In this document: in pieces, positions 48,858 to 59,808 of the stretch | Numbering within the stretch: the stretch's first letter is position 1 | Layout: every line of letters begins with the position of its first letter | Assembly: GCA_964016885.1 (NCBI GenBank) | Contig: OZ024740.1 | Span: forward strand, 61,380,001 to 61,444,000 | From: Eledone cirrhosa | Taxonomy: Eukaryota | DNA length: 64,000 nucleotides | Reading direction: 5' to 3' | Notes under the pieces: model-generated | Told to the model about the DNA's origin: nothing | The model's database searches: none | Seen by the model: only the letters and a program-made list of their open reading frames with translations | Made by a program: the position numbers and the translations under genes

Positions 48858-51800
48858 AAGATAAAGATAAAGACAAATTCACCCCTTGGACGAGAATGCG
48901 AGCACTCCTCATTGTTTCGACCGCGGACGGCTAACATAACCCCATCGCCCCCCGCCCCTCACCGCCCCCAACCCCCAAACGCAATCCAAAACTTCAGAGT
49001 TGGTACCATAAATGTAGGCACCCTAAAGGGTCGCGCTAACGAGGTTGTAGAAATGCTTGAACGTAAGGAGGTCGATGTTTGTTGTATTCAAGAGACCAGG
49101 TGGAGGGGTGGGTCTGCTAGGTTCATTGAGGGTAAAAAACGTTGTTATAAGCTTTTCTGGGTGGGAAACGACGATGGGCTGGGTGGAGTAGGAATCATGG
49201 TAGCAGAAAAGTGGGCAGATAAGATAATAGACGTAAATAGAGTGAACGACAGAATAATTAAAATACGACTTGTCCTCAATAGAACTACGGTGACAGTAAT
49301 ATCTGCGTACGCACCCCAATCCGGACTGCCCGGCACTATAAAAGACAGATTCTATGAGACACTGATGCTAACTACCTCCCAAATATCCGACAGTGACTAT
49401 ATAATTATCGCAGGCGACCTAAATGGTCACGTTGGACAACATTGTGACGGCTACGACGAAATCCATGGAGGCTATGGGTTTGGTACTAGAAATGAGGAAG
49501 GCTCCAGAATCCTGGAATTCTGTGATGCAAATAACCTAACTATCTGTAACACTAACTTCAAAAAACGTGACAATCACCTGATCACCTATAGATCCGGGGA
49601 ACACACAAGCCAGGTAGATTATATCCTTACCAGAAGACGTGACAGAGTGTCTGTTGTTAACACTAAATCCCTCCCCCATGAAGAATGCACCTCCCAACAT
49701 AGACTGATAATTAGCGACCTCATAGTCAGGACGAGACGTACTCGACAACAGAAGAGGACTATCCTCAGGAGGAAAATATGGAAGCTAAAGGACCCCACAG
49801 CCAGGAATAAATTTCAAAGCATATTACTTGATGCTTTCGACAGTAAGGAAGAACATTTAGAGTCGGACAATATAGAGGGAGAGTGGGAATTTCTGAAAGC
49901 AAACCTGCTGTTGGCGACAGACGAAGTCTGTGGCTGGAGCAGGCCTGTAGGCAGGAGGAGAGTAACATGGTGGTGGAACAGTAAGGTGGAGGGGTCAATT
50001 AAGGCCAAAAAGCAGGCTTGGAAAGTATGGCGGGATGGGGGAAGTAGAGAGGACTATCAAGTGGCCAGGAGGGAAGCTAGGAGACAAGTGTACTTAGCAA
50101 GAAGGGAAGCTGAGGAAAGAAAGTTCAAGCATGTTCTACAACGCGATGACCAAAAACGTGAGGTGTTCAGGATTGCTAGGCAATGCGTCAAGGAAAACCG
50201 TGATATTGTCGGGGAGAAGTGTGTACTAAACGACGATGGCACACTTGCCATCACCGACGCTGATAAGAAGGTAGCTTGGAAGTGTCACTATGAAAGGCTT
50301 CTAAATGAGGAGAATAATTGGGAGAAAGGCAGTCTCCCCCATATCGACCCAATAGAGGGACCAGCAGTGTTAGTCGAGGGGAGTATAATAAGTAAGGCAA
50401 TCAAGGATATGAAGACTGGTAAGGCGGCTGGGCCTTCGGAAATAGTTGCTGAGATGCTGAAGGCATCTGGCACGGTGGGACACACCATGGTCGCCCGCAT
50501 AGTTAACCAAGTCGTACAGAATGGGGTTGTTCCGAAGGACTGGCATAGCAGCATCATCGTTAACTGTTATAAGGGTAAAGGAGACGCCCTAGATAGGAGT
50601 AACTATAGAGGCATTAAATTAATCGACCAGGTCATGAAGGTCACGGAAAGAGTAATAGCGCAACTAATCAGAGAGAGAATTGACCTAGATGAAATGCAGT
50701 TCGGGTTTGTGTCAGGCAAAAGTACCACAGACGCTCTTTTCATAGTACGACAACTACAGGAGAAGTACCTAGCTAAAGGTAAACCCCTCTACTTAGCTTT
50801 TGTCGACTTGGAGAAAGCCTTCGACAGAGTCCCCCGCTCCATTATCTGGTGGGCTCTTAGAAAACTAGGCGTTGACGAATGGCTTGTGAGGGCTATACAA
50901 GCCATGTATAAAGAAACAGTCAGCAAGGTTAGAATTAACAACGAATATAGTGAAGAGTTTAGCGTAAAAGTTGGCGTCCATCAGGGCTCTGTTCTCAGTC
51001 CACTACTATTTATTATTGCCCTTCAGGCTATAACAGAGGAGTTCAAGACAGGCTGCCCATGGGAACTCCTATACGCAGACGACCTGACACTCATAGCGGA
51101 ATCAATGGCCGAGCTAGAGAAGAAATTCCAAACATGGAAGCACGGCCTAGAGTCAAAAGGACTTAAAATTAACCTGGCTAAGACCAAAGTACTAGTTTGT
51201 AGGAAAGAAAACAAGGCGGCGGTCCCTTCTGGGAAATGGTCGTGCTCGGTGTGTAGGAAAGGCGTAGGTAGAAACTCCATTTTATGTCCTAAATGCAAAG
51301 TATGGGTGCATAAAAGATGTAGTGGGATCACAGGTAAGCTAACTAAGAACATAGATTTTACATGTGGCCGGTGCTCTGGTGCAATAAGTAGCAGCAAGTG
51401 CCCACAAACTACTAGCTCTTTCAATTGCGCAGAGGGTTCTATAGAAATAGTGGACAGCTTCCGTTACCTGGGCGATAAAATCAGCAGTGGGGGAGGGTGC
51501 TCTGAAAGTACTGTAGCTAGAGTCAGAACTGGTTGGAAAAAGTTCAGAGAGCTTATACCACTATTAGCTGCTAAAGGGTTCTCACTAAAAATGAAAGGCA
51601 GGTTGTACGATGCCTGCATACGAACAGCAATGCTGCATGGCAGTGAGACCTGGGCATTGTGTGCAGAGGATATACGCAGACTAGAGAGGAACGAAGCTTG
51701 CATGCTCCGCTGGATGTGTAACAGTAATATACGTGAACGGCAAAGCATAAACGAACTAAGGAAAAAATTAGAGATAAGAGGGATCAGATGTTGTTTACTC

Positions 51801-52028
51801 GAGAGAAGGCTACGTTGGTATGGACACGTGATGCGCATGAAAGTCGATAGCTGTATAACAAAGTGCAGGGCAATAAAGATAGACGGTAGTCACGGAATAG
51901 GCAGACCTAGAAAAACCTGGGACGAGCTGATAAACTCCGACATCACACACTTACACCTCTCCAAGACAATGTCACTGGACCGAGACCTTTGGCGGTACTC
52001 AGTAACAGAGAAGACCCGCCTTACCTAA
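48858..52028 (+). CDS. RTE polyprotein: APE endonuclease + reverse transcriptase + PHD-type finger
   Basis: APE motifs NVGTL, IQETRW, SAYAPQ, GDLNGHVG, VDYIL and SQHRL; RT motifs YRGIKL, QFGF, FVDLEKAFD, VHQGSVLSP, YADD and FRYLG. The true start is unresolved: the ATG at 48747 lies in flanking low-complexity DNA. Confidence 0.93.
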   Translation, partial: KIKIKTNSPLGRECEHSSLFRPRTANITPSPPAPHRPQPPNAIQNFRVGTINVGTLKGRANEVVEMLERKEVDVCCIQETRWRGGSARFIEGKKRCYKLFWVGNDDGLGGVGIMVAEKWADKIIDVNRVNDRIIKIRLVLNRTTVTVISAYAPQSGLPGTIKDRFYETLMLTTSQISDSDYIIIAGDLNGHVGQHCDGYDEIHGGYGFGTRNEEGSRILEFCDANNLTICNTNFKKRDNHLITYRSGEHTSQVDYILTRRRDRVSVVNTKSLPHEECTSQHRLIISDLIVRTRRTRQQKRTILRRKIWKLKDPTARNKFQSILLDAFDSKEEHLESDNIEGEWEFLKANLLLATDEVCGWSRPVGRRRVTWWWNSKVEGSIKAKKQAWKVWRDGGSREDYQVARREARRQVYLARREAEERKFKHVLQRDDQKREVFRIARQCVKENRDIVGEKCVLNDDGTLAITDADKKVAWKCHYERLLNEENNWEKGSLPHIDPIEGPAVLVEGSIISKAIKDMKTGKAAGPSEIVAEMLKASGTVGHTMVARIVNQVVQNGVVPKDWHSSIIVNCYKGKGDALDRSNYRGIKLIDQVMKVTERVIAQLIRERIDLDEMQFGFVSGKSTTDALFIVRQLQEKYLAKGKPLYLAFVDLEKAFDRVPRSIIWWALRKLGVDEWLVRAIQAMYKETVSKVRINNEYSEEFSVKVGVHQGSVLSPLLFIIALQAITEEFKTGCPWELLYADDLTLIAESMAELEKKFQTWKHGLESKGLKINLAKTKVLVCRKENKAAVPSGKWSCSVCRKGVGRNSILCPKCKVWVHKRCSGITGKLTKNIDFTCGRCSGAISSSKCPQTTSSFNCAEGSIEIVDSFRYLGDKISSGGGCSESTVARVRTGWKKFRELIPLLAAKGFSLKMKGRLYDACIRTAMLHGSETWALCAEDIRRLERNEACMLRWMCNSNIRERQSINELRKKLEIRGIRCCLLERRLRWYGHVMRMKVDSCITKCRAIKIDGSHGIGRPRKTWDELINSDITHLHLSKTMSLDRDLWRYSVTEKTRLT

Positions 52029-52431
52029 ATATATAGTAAAACCTACTCCAGCCAGTAGGCATCTCTAACAAAATACACCCCGTCCCACCACCCCCACCCC
52101 CACCCGACCCACACCACCCCGTTCTATGTAAAGTTATGTTGGTGCCGCGCCTTCGAGGCCGAAACAAATGAGATCGTGTAGGTGTCACGACAAAAAAACA
52201 CACAGTCCACGCTGTAATGTGGCCGTGTAGGCAACACGGTAAAAACCTCCCAGACCCACACTGTAAATGTGGTTGGTGTTAGGAAGGGCATCCAACTGTA
52301 GAAAACCTGCCAGACAGTCCTATGCGAGCAAGACAATCACTCTTGCCTCAAGTGGGACTACCCCCGTCCAAACCCATGCAAGCGTGGAACACGGACGTTA
52401 AACGTTGATGATGATGATGATGATGATGATG
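48858..52431 (+). mobile_element. Near full-length RTE-clade LINE, antisense in a PLEKHA intron
   Basis: One stop-free frame runs to 52028, followed by an approximately 400-bp 3' UTR with a terminal stem-loop and (GAT)n tail. The 5' boundary is approximate. Confidence 0.95.
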
Positions 52432-52859
52432 TGTATCCAGGTATATGAGTATGTACATGTGTACATATGTATGTAACTGTCGGTATGAATGTTCTCTGTA
52501 TCGATATATGTGGCTGTATGTCAACAATTCCATGGGTATTCATATGTATGTATAATTATGCATGTATGTATGTTGATATCTGTATGTGGGTGTATCTGTG
52601 TCTATGTATATATTTATATGTGTGTCTATTCTAGGTGTACTTCCATATTTTATCTTATAAAACAGTGGATGTCATTATGTATATTTAGGTGTGTGTGTAA
52701 ATGTATATATGTTTGAATGTATATATGTATGAATGAATATATGTATATGTGTTCTTGTGTCTATATGAGTATATGTATATGTGTATATATAGGAGTGAGT
52801 CTCTCTATATATATGTATGGGTAAATATGTATGCATGTATGTGTCTGTATGTACATATA

Positions 52860-52895
<36 letters not shown>

Positions 52896-53065
52896 CACAC
52901 AAGCAATATATATATATATATATATACACACAAGCAGGGAAAAGCGGACGTAAAATGATGATGATGATGATATATATATATATAAATATATATATGCATA
53001 TGTGTGTATATGTATGTGTATATTTATATGTGGATAAATGTAGTTTTATTTATTTAATTATATAT

Positions 53066-53512
53066 ACTAGCAGAAAAACTACCCTTCGGGTGGTTTTCTG
53101 CTAACATATATTGAGATTATACGCAAGTATATATACATGTATATATGATACATCAAATAAAACCGTAATTGACAATATACACAGAAATGGAACGAAGACT
53201 GCGTTACATTGCCTTATGTAATCAGTAACGTAATCCATGATACATTAAAAAAAAGACGATATTATATATAAACTGCATTAGGAGAAAATTAGTGACGGAA
53301 ATATATGAATGTTTATTTAAGCGATCGCTAACCGGAAGTGTTGACATTTGAACATTTTAAAGAAGTGAATCTTAAAATAGCAAAATTTAGTAGATAAATT
53401 ATGTAATATTCATTCATTATTTATTCAAAGTAATCCAACTTATTTTACAAACAGAATAAAAAAATATATTCTGGACGCAGTCTCGCACTCCTTGCTTTAT
53501 TATAGTTTAGAT
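53066..53512. mobile_element. Helitron/HINE-like element with terminal hairpin
   Basis: Starts ACTAG with hairpin TAGCAGAAAAACTACCC TTC GGGTGGTTTTCTGCTA (53068..53103) and ends GCTTTATTATAGTTTAGAT, within TA-rich flanks. Confidence 0.55.
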
Positions 53513-54269
53513 ATATATATATCTATTCTAATATATGATTTCAAAAAGTTATTTCCCTTTGAAAATAATTTTGAATCCCTTAGTAAAAAATGTTTTTTAT
53601 TTGTTTTTGGAAAATAATTTTTTAGTGAAAGTAGCGTTGTAAAAGTAAAGCTGTTAAAGTGACATAATAAATAACTATTATTTTTCGTATTAATTTCTAG
53701 CCATTCGCTAATACAATGGGTAGACTTGAGATGTCCCCCATCCAGTGTAAGGTGGGAATTGAATTTTGAATATATTCTGTTTCAAATTAATACTATTTTA
53801 ATCCTCCAAAGATGGAGAAGTGTAAATAGCTATATATCATTTTGTGTGTATAGATCTTGATTGTACAAATTTTCATCACATTATTTCAATGTGCAACTCT
53901 CATGAAACGTGTAAGGAATTAAAGATGATTTAAAAGCTAATTTTTCCATCTATATAAACACTCAGCCCACACTGTAAAGTGGTCGTGTACGTGTCAACAA
54001 AAAGGACCCAGCCCACACTAATGTGGTCTGTAGGTGTCACAACAAAAAGTACCTAACACACTGTAAATGTAGTTGGCATTAGGGAGGGTATCCAGCTGTA
54101 GAAATCGAGTCAGAAAGAGTTCTATATGAGCACGACACGGTCACGTGACCCAACTTGCCTCAAATGGGACAAACCATCAACCCATGCTAGTGTGGAAAGT
54201 GGATGTTAAACAGTGATGATCATAATGATAATATATATATATGTACATATATAGATGATGATGATGTCC

Positions 54270-54512
54270 AATTTAATATATAAATTTCAATGCAAAGTTG
54301 TGAACTTCATAAAGGACCAAACATACTGTCAATTACCGATACATTTACTATAAGAGGCCATCACAACATATTTCTATGCAGTACATATACAAAATAAGAT
54401 AGGACTACATTAGTCAGTAACCCTACAATTCTATATAGAATTCCACACACAAGGTGAACAATTTTGGAAGCTCTTCTAATACCAAAATATAAACCAAAAC
54501 TTAACACACAAA
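54270..54512 (+). mobile_element. Penelope-like GIY-YIG endonuclease remnant
   Basis: IYKFQCK at the start and ILEALLIPKYKPKLNTQ at the end match the Penelope EN C-terminal pattern. The middle is decayed. Confidence 0.55.
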
Positions 54513-54519
54513 TATATCA

Positions 54520-54925
54520 TCATCATCATTTAATGTCCATTTTCCATGTTAGCATGGGTTAGACAGGTCGTCCCATTTGAGGTAGCTTGAGTCAGGTGAC
54601 TGTGCCTTGCTCATATAGGACTGTTTCTGGCTAGGTTTCTATGGCTGGATGCCCTTCCTAACACCAACCACATTTACAGTGTGTGCTCAGTGCTTTTAGC
54701 CGTGACTCCTATATGACCACTTTACAGTGTGGGCTGGGTGCTTTTTGTTGTGACACACCTACACGCCCACTTTTCAGTGTGGTTAGATATATTTTGTTCA
54801 CAGTGTAAGGTTGGTATTGACAGGAGTGGATAGGTTGGGGTATAGTGGTTAAAAGTGCCTACTAGGACTATGTTTGAGTCTGTGCGCATGGGAAGGCGTG
54901 TCTTCTGTATTACTGTGTAATGCCA
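54520..54925 (-). mobile_element. Older RTE 3' UTR fragment
   Basis: (ATC)n tail, GGCTGGATGCCCTTCCTAACACCAACC and about 48-bp subrepeats. Confidence 0.7.
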
Positions 54926-55438
54926 ATTATAATAACTGCCATGCTTCAACTATTCAGAAATTTTAAATTAGGCATCTACCGCTCCCATGATACTTTATGA
55001 CTACTGCTGAGTATGTGATTAATACACCACTATTGTGACCATTCTAAACTGATTGTAGAGCATTGTATGCTTCGAAAGATCAATACACACATGATTTAGG
55101 GATGCTACAGTTCTACACTAAGCATAAAAGACTAATAATGAAATACAAAAAAATCTTTAATAAAATGATCAAACTAAAGCATAATTGTTTGAAAGAAAAG
55201 CTGTTCTCTACTTTTATAAATGAGCATACAAACAGGATTTAACAGGATTCTTTACAATTGGTTGACCTTAGACTATAGTAGAAGATACTTGTCCAAGATG
55301 TTACGTAATGGGCTAGAAACCAGTACCACATGATTGCAAGAAGAAATTCTTAAGCACACAGGCATACCTTCACCTTGTTATATGCAATTGTAGTTATCAA
55401 CAAACTACTTAAAATGTTAATATTTATATACTACTTAC

Positions 55439-55571
55439 CCATTGATCCAGGGGATTTTAGTGTATTTAAAGCTTCAGATAAACGTGCACCTTCTTTGCTT
55501 AAATTATGCATTACATCCTGTACATGATGTAAATCTTTTTCCATTTGGTATCGAGTGTTCGATTCTCCAGG
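55439..55571 (-). CDS. PLEKHA7: PLEKHA5/6/7-like coiled-coil exon
   Basis: attttcag|PGESNTRYQMEKDLHHVQDVMHNLSKEGARLSEALNTLKSPGSM G|gtaagt. Confidence 0.9.
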
Positions 55572-55925
55572 CTGAAAATGGAAATTATGAAATCAATATT
55601 TTCCAATAAAGGATTGGATAAAGAATATTGAAAGCAGAAACTGCAATCATGCATATCAACATCAACTTCGATATACTCAAAGTATTCAAATAAAACCAAC
55701 CTAAAACTATGGTGATATTTGTACACTTGAGGTATACTGTAACATATCTATGGCTGGATACGCTTCCTAATGCCAACCCTACCTTATTTTTTTAAGTAAC
55801 ATGGATCATTGCCCATCTAATCGCTAAGCTGCAGGACTTCTTATAAATGACAAACAGATATCATTAGCTGCTCTAGTGATATCAAATTTCAAAGAGAAGG
55901 AGACAGAGACAAACAAATATGAATA

Positions 55926-56152
55926 CAAAGTGGTCGTGTAGGGCAAAAAGCACCCAGTCTACACTGTAAAGTGGTTGTGTAGGTGTCGTGGTAAAAAGCA
56001 CCCAGCCAACACTGTAAAGTGGTCATGTAGGTGTCATGGCAAAAAGTACCCAGTCCACACTGTAAATTGGTCATGTACGGCAAAAAGCACCCAGTCCACA
56101 CTGTAGAGTGGTTGTCTCGGCATCACAACAAAAGCACCCAGTACTCACTGTA
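55926..56152 (+). repeat. Minisatellite of about 39-48 bp units within an RTE-type 3' UTR
   Basis: Five units of AAAAAGCACCCAGTCCACACTGTAAAGTGGTCGTGTAGGTGTCATGGC-like sequence run into the RTE tail (56153..56288). Confidence 0.85.
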
Positions 56153-56285
56153 AATGAGGTTGGTGCTAGGAAGGACATCCAGCTGCAGAAACCAAGCCAA
56201 AGATTGGTTCTGTATGGCCACCTGACCTAGCATTGCTCACAACAGGATAACTCATCTAACCCATGCCAGTATGGAAAAATGGACG

Positions 56286-57156
56286 TTACTGTCAGCAACG
56301 ATTTGCGTTGGACAAAGCATGTCTCTAAGATTGTCAAGAAGGCCGAGGGTGTCTTGGCATCACTCAGCAAGACCTTTGTTAGCCGCTCTCCAGCCATCCA
56401 TTTAAAACTGTATACAGCTATGGTGCGACCACACTTGGAATTCGCATCATCAGTCTGGAACCCCTATCTTGCTCAGAACATTGACCTCCTGGAAACTGTT
56501 CAGAGACGTGCAACCAAGCGCATACCCTCCATCAGACACCTACCATACTCTGAACGCCTTGCTTCCCTGGGCATGGATTCATTGAAGCTCTGACGTCTGG
56601 CAATGGACTTGGTGAATACCCACAAAGTTTTTAACCATCTCGCCAATTGCAACCCTGAGCGCCTCTTTGATCTCCATGTGTCTAACACACGTGGACATGC
56701 CTACAAGATCAGAAAACAGCACAGCTCCCATGACTTTCGTAGACATTTTTTCACGCTCAGAGTTGCTGAAGCATGGAACAAACTGCCTGCGTCAATTGTT
56801 AGCTGCCGAGACACTGCATCCTTTAAGACACTCATGCTTCCCGAAATACGCCAAAACTACACCTGATGTACCCCTTCCATGCACATGCACACATGTGTGT
56901 ATCATGACTCGTGCACTGTTCATTTTACTGATGTTTGTGCATTGCCCTATGTACTGTACATGCACTTTTTTGATGAGTTGTGGTGCACCTGGGCACTGTA
57001 CACAATATTTCATTATTGTTATTGTTATTATATCATGACTCGTACACTGTTCATTTTCCTGACATTTGTACATTATTCTATGTACTATACATGCACCTTT
57101 GATGAGTTGTAGTGCACCTGAGCACTGTACACAATAATTTTATTATTATTATTATT
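56286..57156 (+). mobile_element. 5'-truncated CR1/L2-group LINE, second copy
   Basis: Near-identical to 46891..47728. Has a CGA>TGA stop at 56591 and retains 30 bp that are missing from the first copy. Confidence 0.93.
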
Positions 57157-57174
57157 TTAAATGGTGATGATCAT

Positions 57175-57207
<33 letters not shown>

Positions 57208-57358
57208 ACAGGCTTCATACAGTTTCCATCTACCACATCTGACATGATAGTAGAAGGCACATGCAAAGTGGACTTTCTAACCACATAGCTATGCCTTATA
57301 AAATGAATTTATATTAATAATTTTGATATTTCAGTTTTGATTAAAGAATCAAACTTAC

Positions 57359-57466
57359 AAAAGTTGGTGCACTTCGACTTCGATTAAGATCCCCATGTAC
57401 TTTTGAACGCAACAAAGCAATTTCATGTTCAAGTTTACTACTCTCTGCTGTTAGTTCTTCAAGCCT
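57359..57466 (-). CDS. PLEKHA7: PLEKHA5/6/7-like coiled-coil exon
   Basis: cctttgcag|RLEELTAESSKLEHEIALLRSKVHGDLNRSRSAPTF|gtaagt; phase 0-0. Confidence 0.9.
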
Positions 57467-57526
57467 CTGCAAAGGAAAATGTCCCAAATGTAGAACAAAA
57501 TGTAATAACATTCAATCACTATAGAT

Positions 57527-57878
57527 CAGCAGTCACCAACCTTTAAGACCTTAAGGACCACTAAATTCATAAATTCAAATACCGCGGACCACTAATATGA
57601 ATTTTTTAAAAAAGATAAATACATTTGTCAAATAATGATCAGAGAACTTCCATTTTATTAAACAATACTGAAGCATACGTATGTCATATTGTCGATAGAT
57701 GATACATATGTGTAAAATTCTGAGGAGAAACATTTTTGCGAGGTGTTATAAAATATATTTTAACTGAATATTATTTTTGTTTTACTATTATTAAAACATA
57801 AAAATTGCAAATAATGTTCAAATTTTTCTGTGGACCACCAACATTTTTTCTTGAACCATCACTGGTTGGCGACAGCTG
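57527..57878. mobile_element. hAT (Charlie-like) MITE
   Basis: 8-bp TSD CTATAGAT (57519..57526 and 57879..57886); TIRs CAGCAGTCACCAACC / GGTTGGCGACAGCTG. Confidence 0.88.
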
Positions 57879-59658
57879 CTATAGATATAGTAGAACAATT
57901 GGGTAAATTACACTTAGAGAAGGAAAAAGTGAACAGAGGTACATATGAGGTTTGAGATTCTAGTATTTCAGTGCGCCGATAATTCATAAGGTTTATTATT
58001 TATTCAATATTCTACTTCTTCAGAGCGTAGTATCTCTACAGCAGCAAAATACTATTTTTGCACTACCACTTGAGTTTATAGGTTATAGAGTAAATGTGCT
58101 AAGTCACCATTACTCTCCAGCTTTGCACAGGGTGCGGAATTTTAACTCAGAAAGCAAATAACCAGAACAGATACCACAAAGAATTTTATCTGATGCTCTA
58201 TCACTTCCAGTCATTTACTATGCATGGACTGGTCCTTTATTTTATAGACCTCAAAAGTATGAAAGGCAAAGTGCTCTAGTGATTCTCTGCTAGCAAAGGT
58301 TGGACGAGTCATCAGAGACTATGGCTGTATTAATCAGAGCCACTAATCTCTCAAATTGGCCAGAATCCATCTTGCTTGCATATATTCCAGCACTTGGCGG
58401 AGAAACATTGGATTGCACCAGCACCACTCTTTAATAATAATGGTTTATGATTTAGGTACAATGACAACAATTTGGGGGTTGGGGAAAGTCAATTGACCTT
58501 AAAAGGATGAAAGGCAAAGTTAACCTCAGTATGATTTGAACTCACAACATAGAAAGTCATAAATATATATGGCAATGCATTTTGTCCAGCACTTTACTGA
58601 TACTGCCAATCCAGCAGCAGTAGTAAGTGTTTCTAATATAAGCACAAGGCAGGAAATTTGGAGGGATGGTTTAGTTAAATAATTGACACCAATACTTGAC
58701 TGGTACTTTCTTTTATTGATCCTGGGAGGAAGAAAGGCAACGCTGACATCAGCAAGATTTGAACTTAAAACATAAAAAGACAGAATAAATTCCACAAGGC
58801 ATTTTATCCAATGCTTCTAGCGATTCTACTAATTCACCATGTTAATAACAGTCAGTAATATCAATCCCAGAAGGTCATTGTCATAACTGAAGAGGTTCCC
58901 GATCCTTTGTTTGGTAGGTTTTCTTTGGCTGGATGCCCTTCATATCACCAACCATTATACAGAGTGTACTGGGTGCATTTATTGTGTAAATCACCAACAC
59001 TAGGGAGGTTGTTATGTCAATGACACAGCTGAAGTATCCTCTCAACATTTTTGGCATGACTTCTACAGCAGACTATTGTTTCTATCACCAACCACTTTAC
59101 AAGTGATGTACTGTGTACATTTATCATGATATTGTCACTAGAGAAATTGTCATCATTGATTCAGCTCAAGAGCTCTCCAAGTGTGGAGATATTTGACAGA
59201 GTTAGGAGAATGAAGTAGGGGACATCTGACAATGTGGAAAGCACTGTGGAGATAACTAAGGGGCTATGACTGGTGTGTCAGGATTTAGGGAAATGTATAT
59301 AGAGCAGAGTGGGAAGATGGGTGGGTGGTGACCTGGGATAGAGTGTGGGTGTCAAAAATGTTTAATTAAATAATGAAAATCAACTGAAAATCCTAACTCC
59401 GGTCAAAATTCAAAATATAAATAAACATCATCTCTAGCATTTTAAGCCCATTTTCTATACTTGGTTAGGCCATTGTAGTCTGAGAAAAGAGACATTCGAT
59501 AACTATGCCTTGCTCATAAGTTTCTTATAGAGTATTCTGGGTGCATTTTATCATAGCACTAACATTAAAAAGGTCATCAAGTCCTCAGCAATATCAAAGG
59601 GTCCTCTCTGTCTTATGTTAAATATTTAAAATATTTTCAGAAACTCTTAAATATTTAC

Positions 59659-59808
59659 CTTCGATGCTTCTGCTAGGTTTTGCATTGCTCTAGATAGTTC
59701 TTTCTTAATGCTGTATTCCTTGTGGCGGAAATGTTCCAGTTGTCGGGGATCCTTTGTATGCTGATTCTGCTCACTTAAAACATCTTTAAGTGTTATCTCA
59801 AGTGATTC
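59659..59808 (-). CDS. PLEKHA7: PLEKHA5/6/7-like coiled-coil exon
   Basis: attttag|ESLEITLKDVLSEQNQHTKDPRQLEHFRHKEYSIKKELSRAMQNLAEASK|gtaaat; phase 0-0. Confidence 0.9.

Noticed and set aside
55926-56152. CRISPR-like repeat array
   Set aside because: The spacers are homologous to one another, there are no cas genes, the context is eukaryotic and the unit is part of the RTE 3' UTR.
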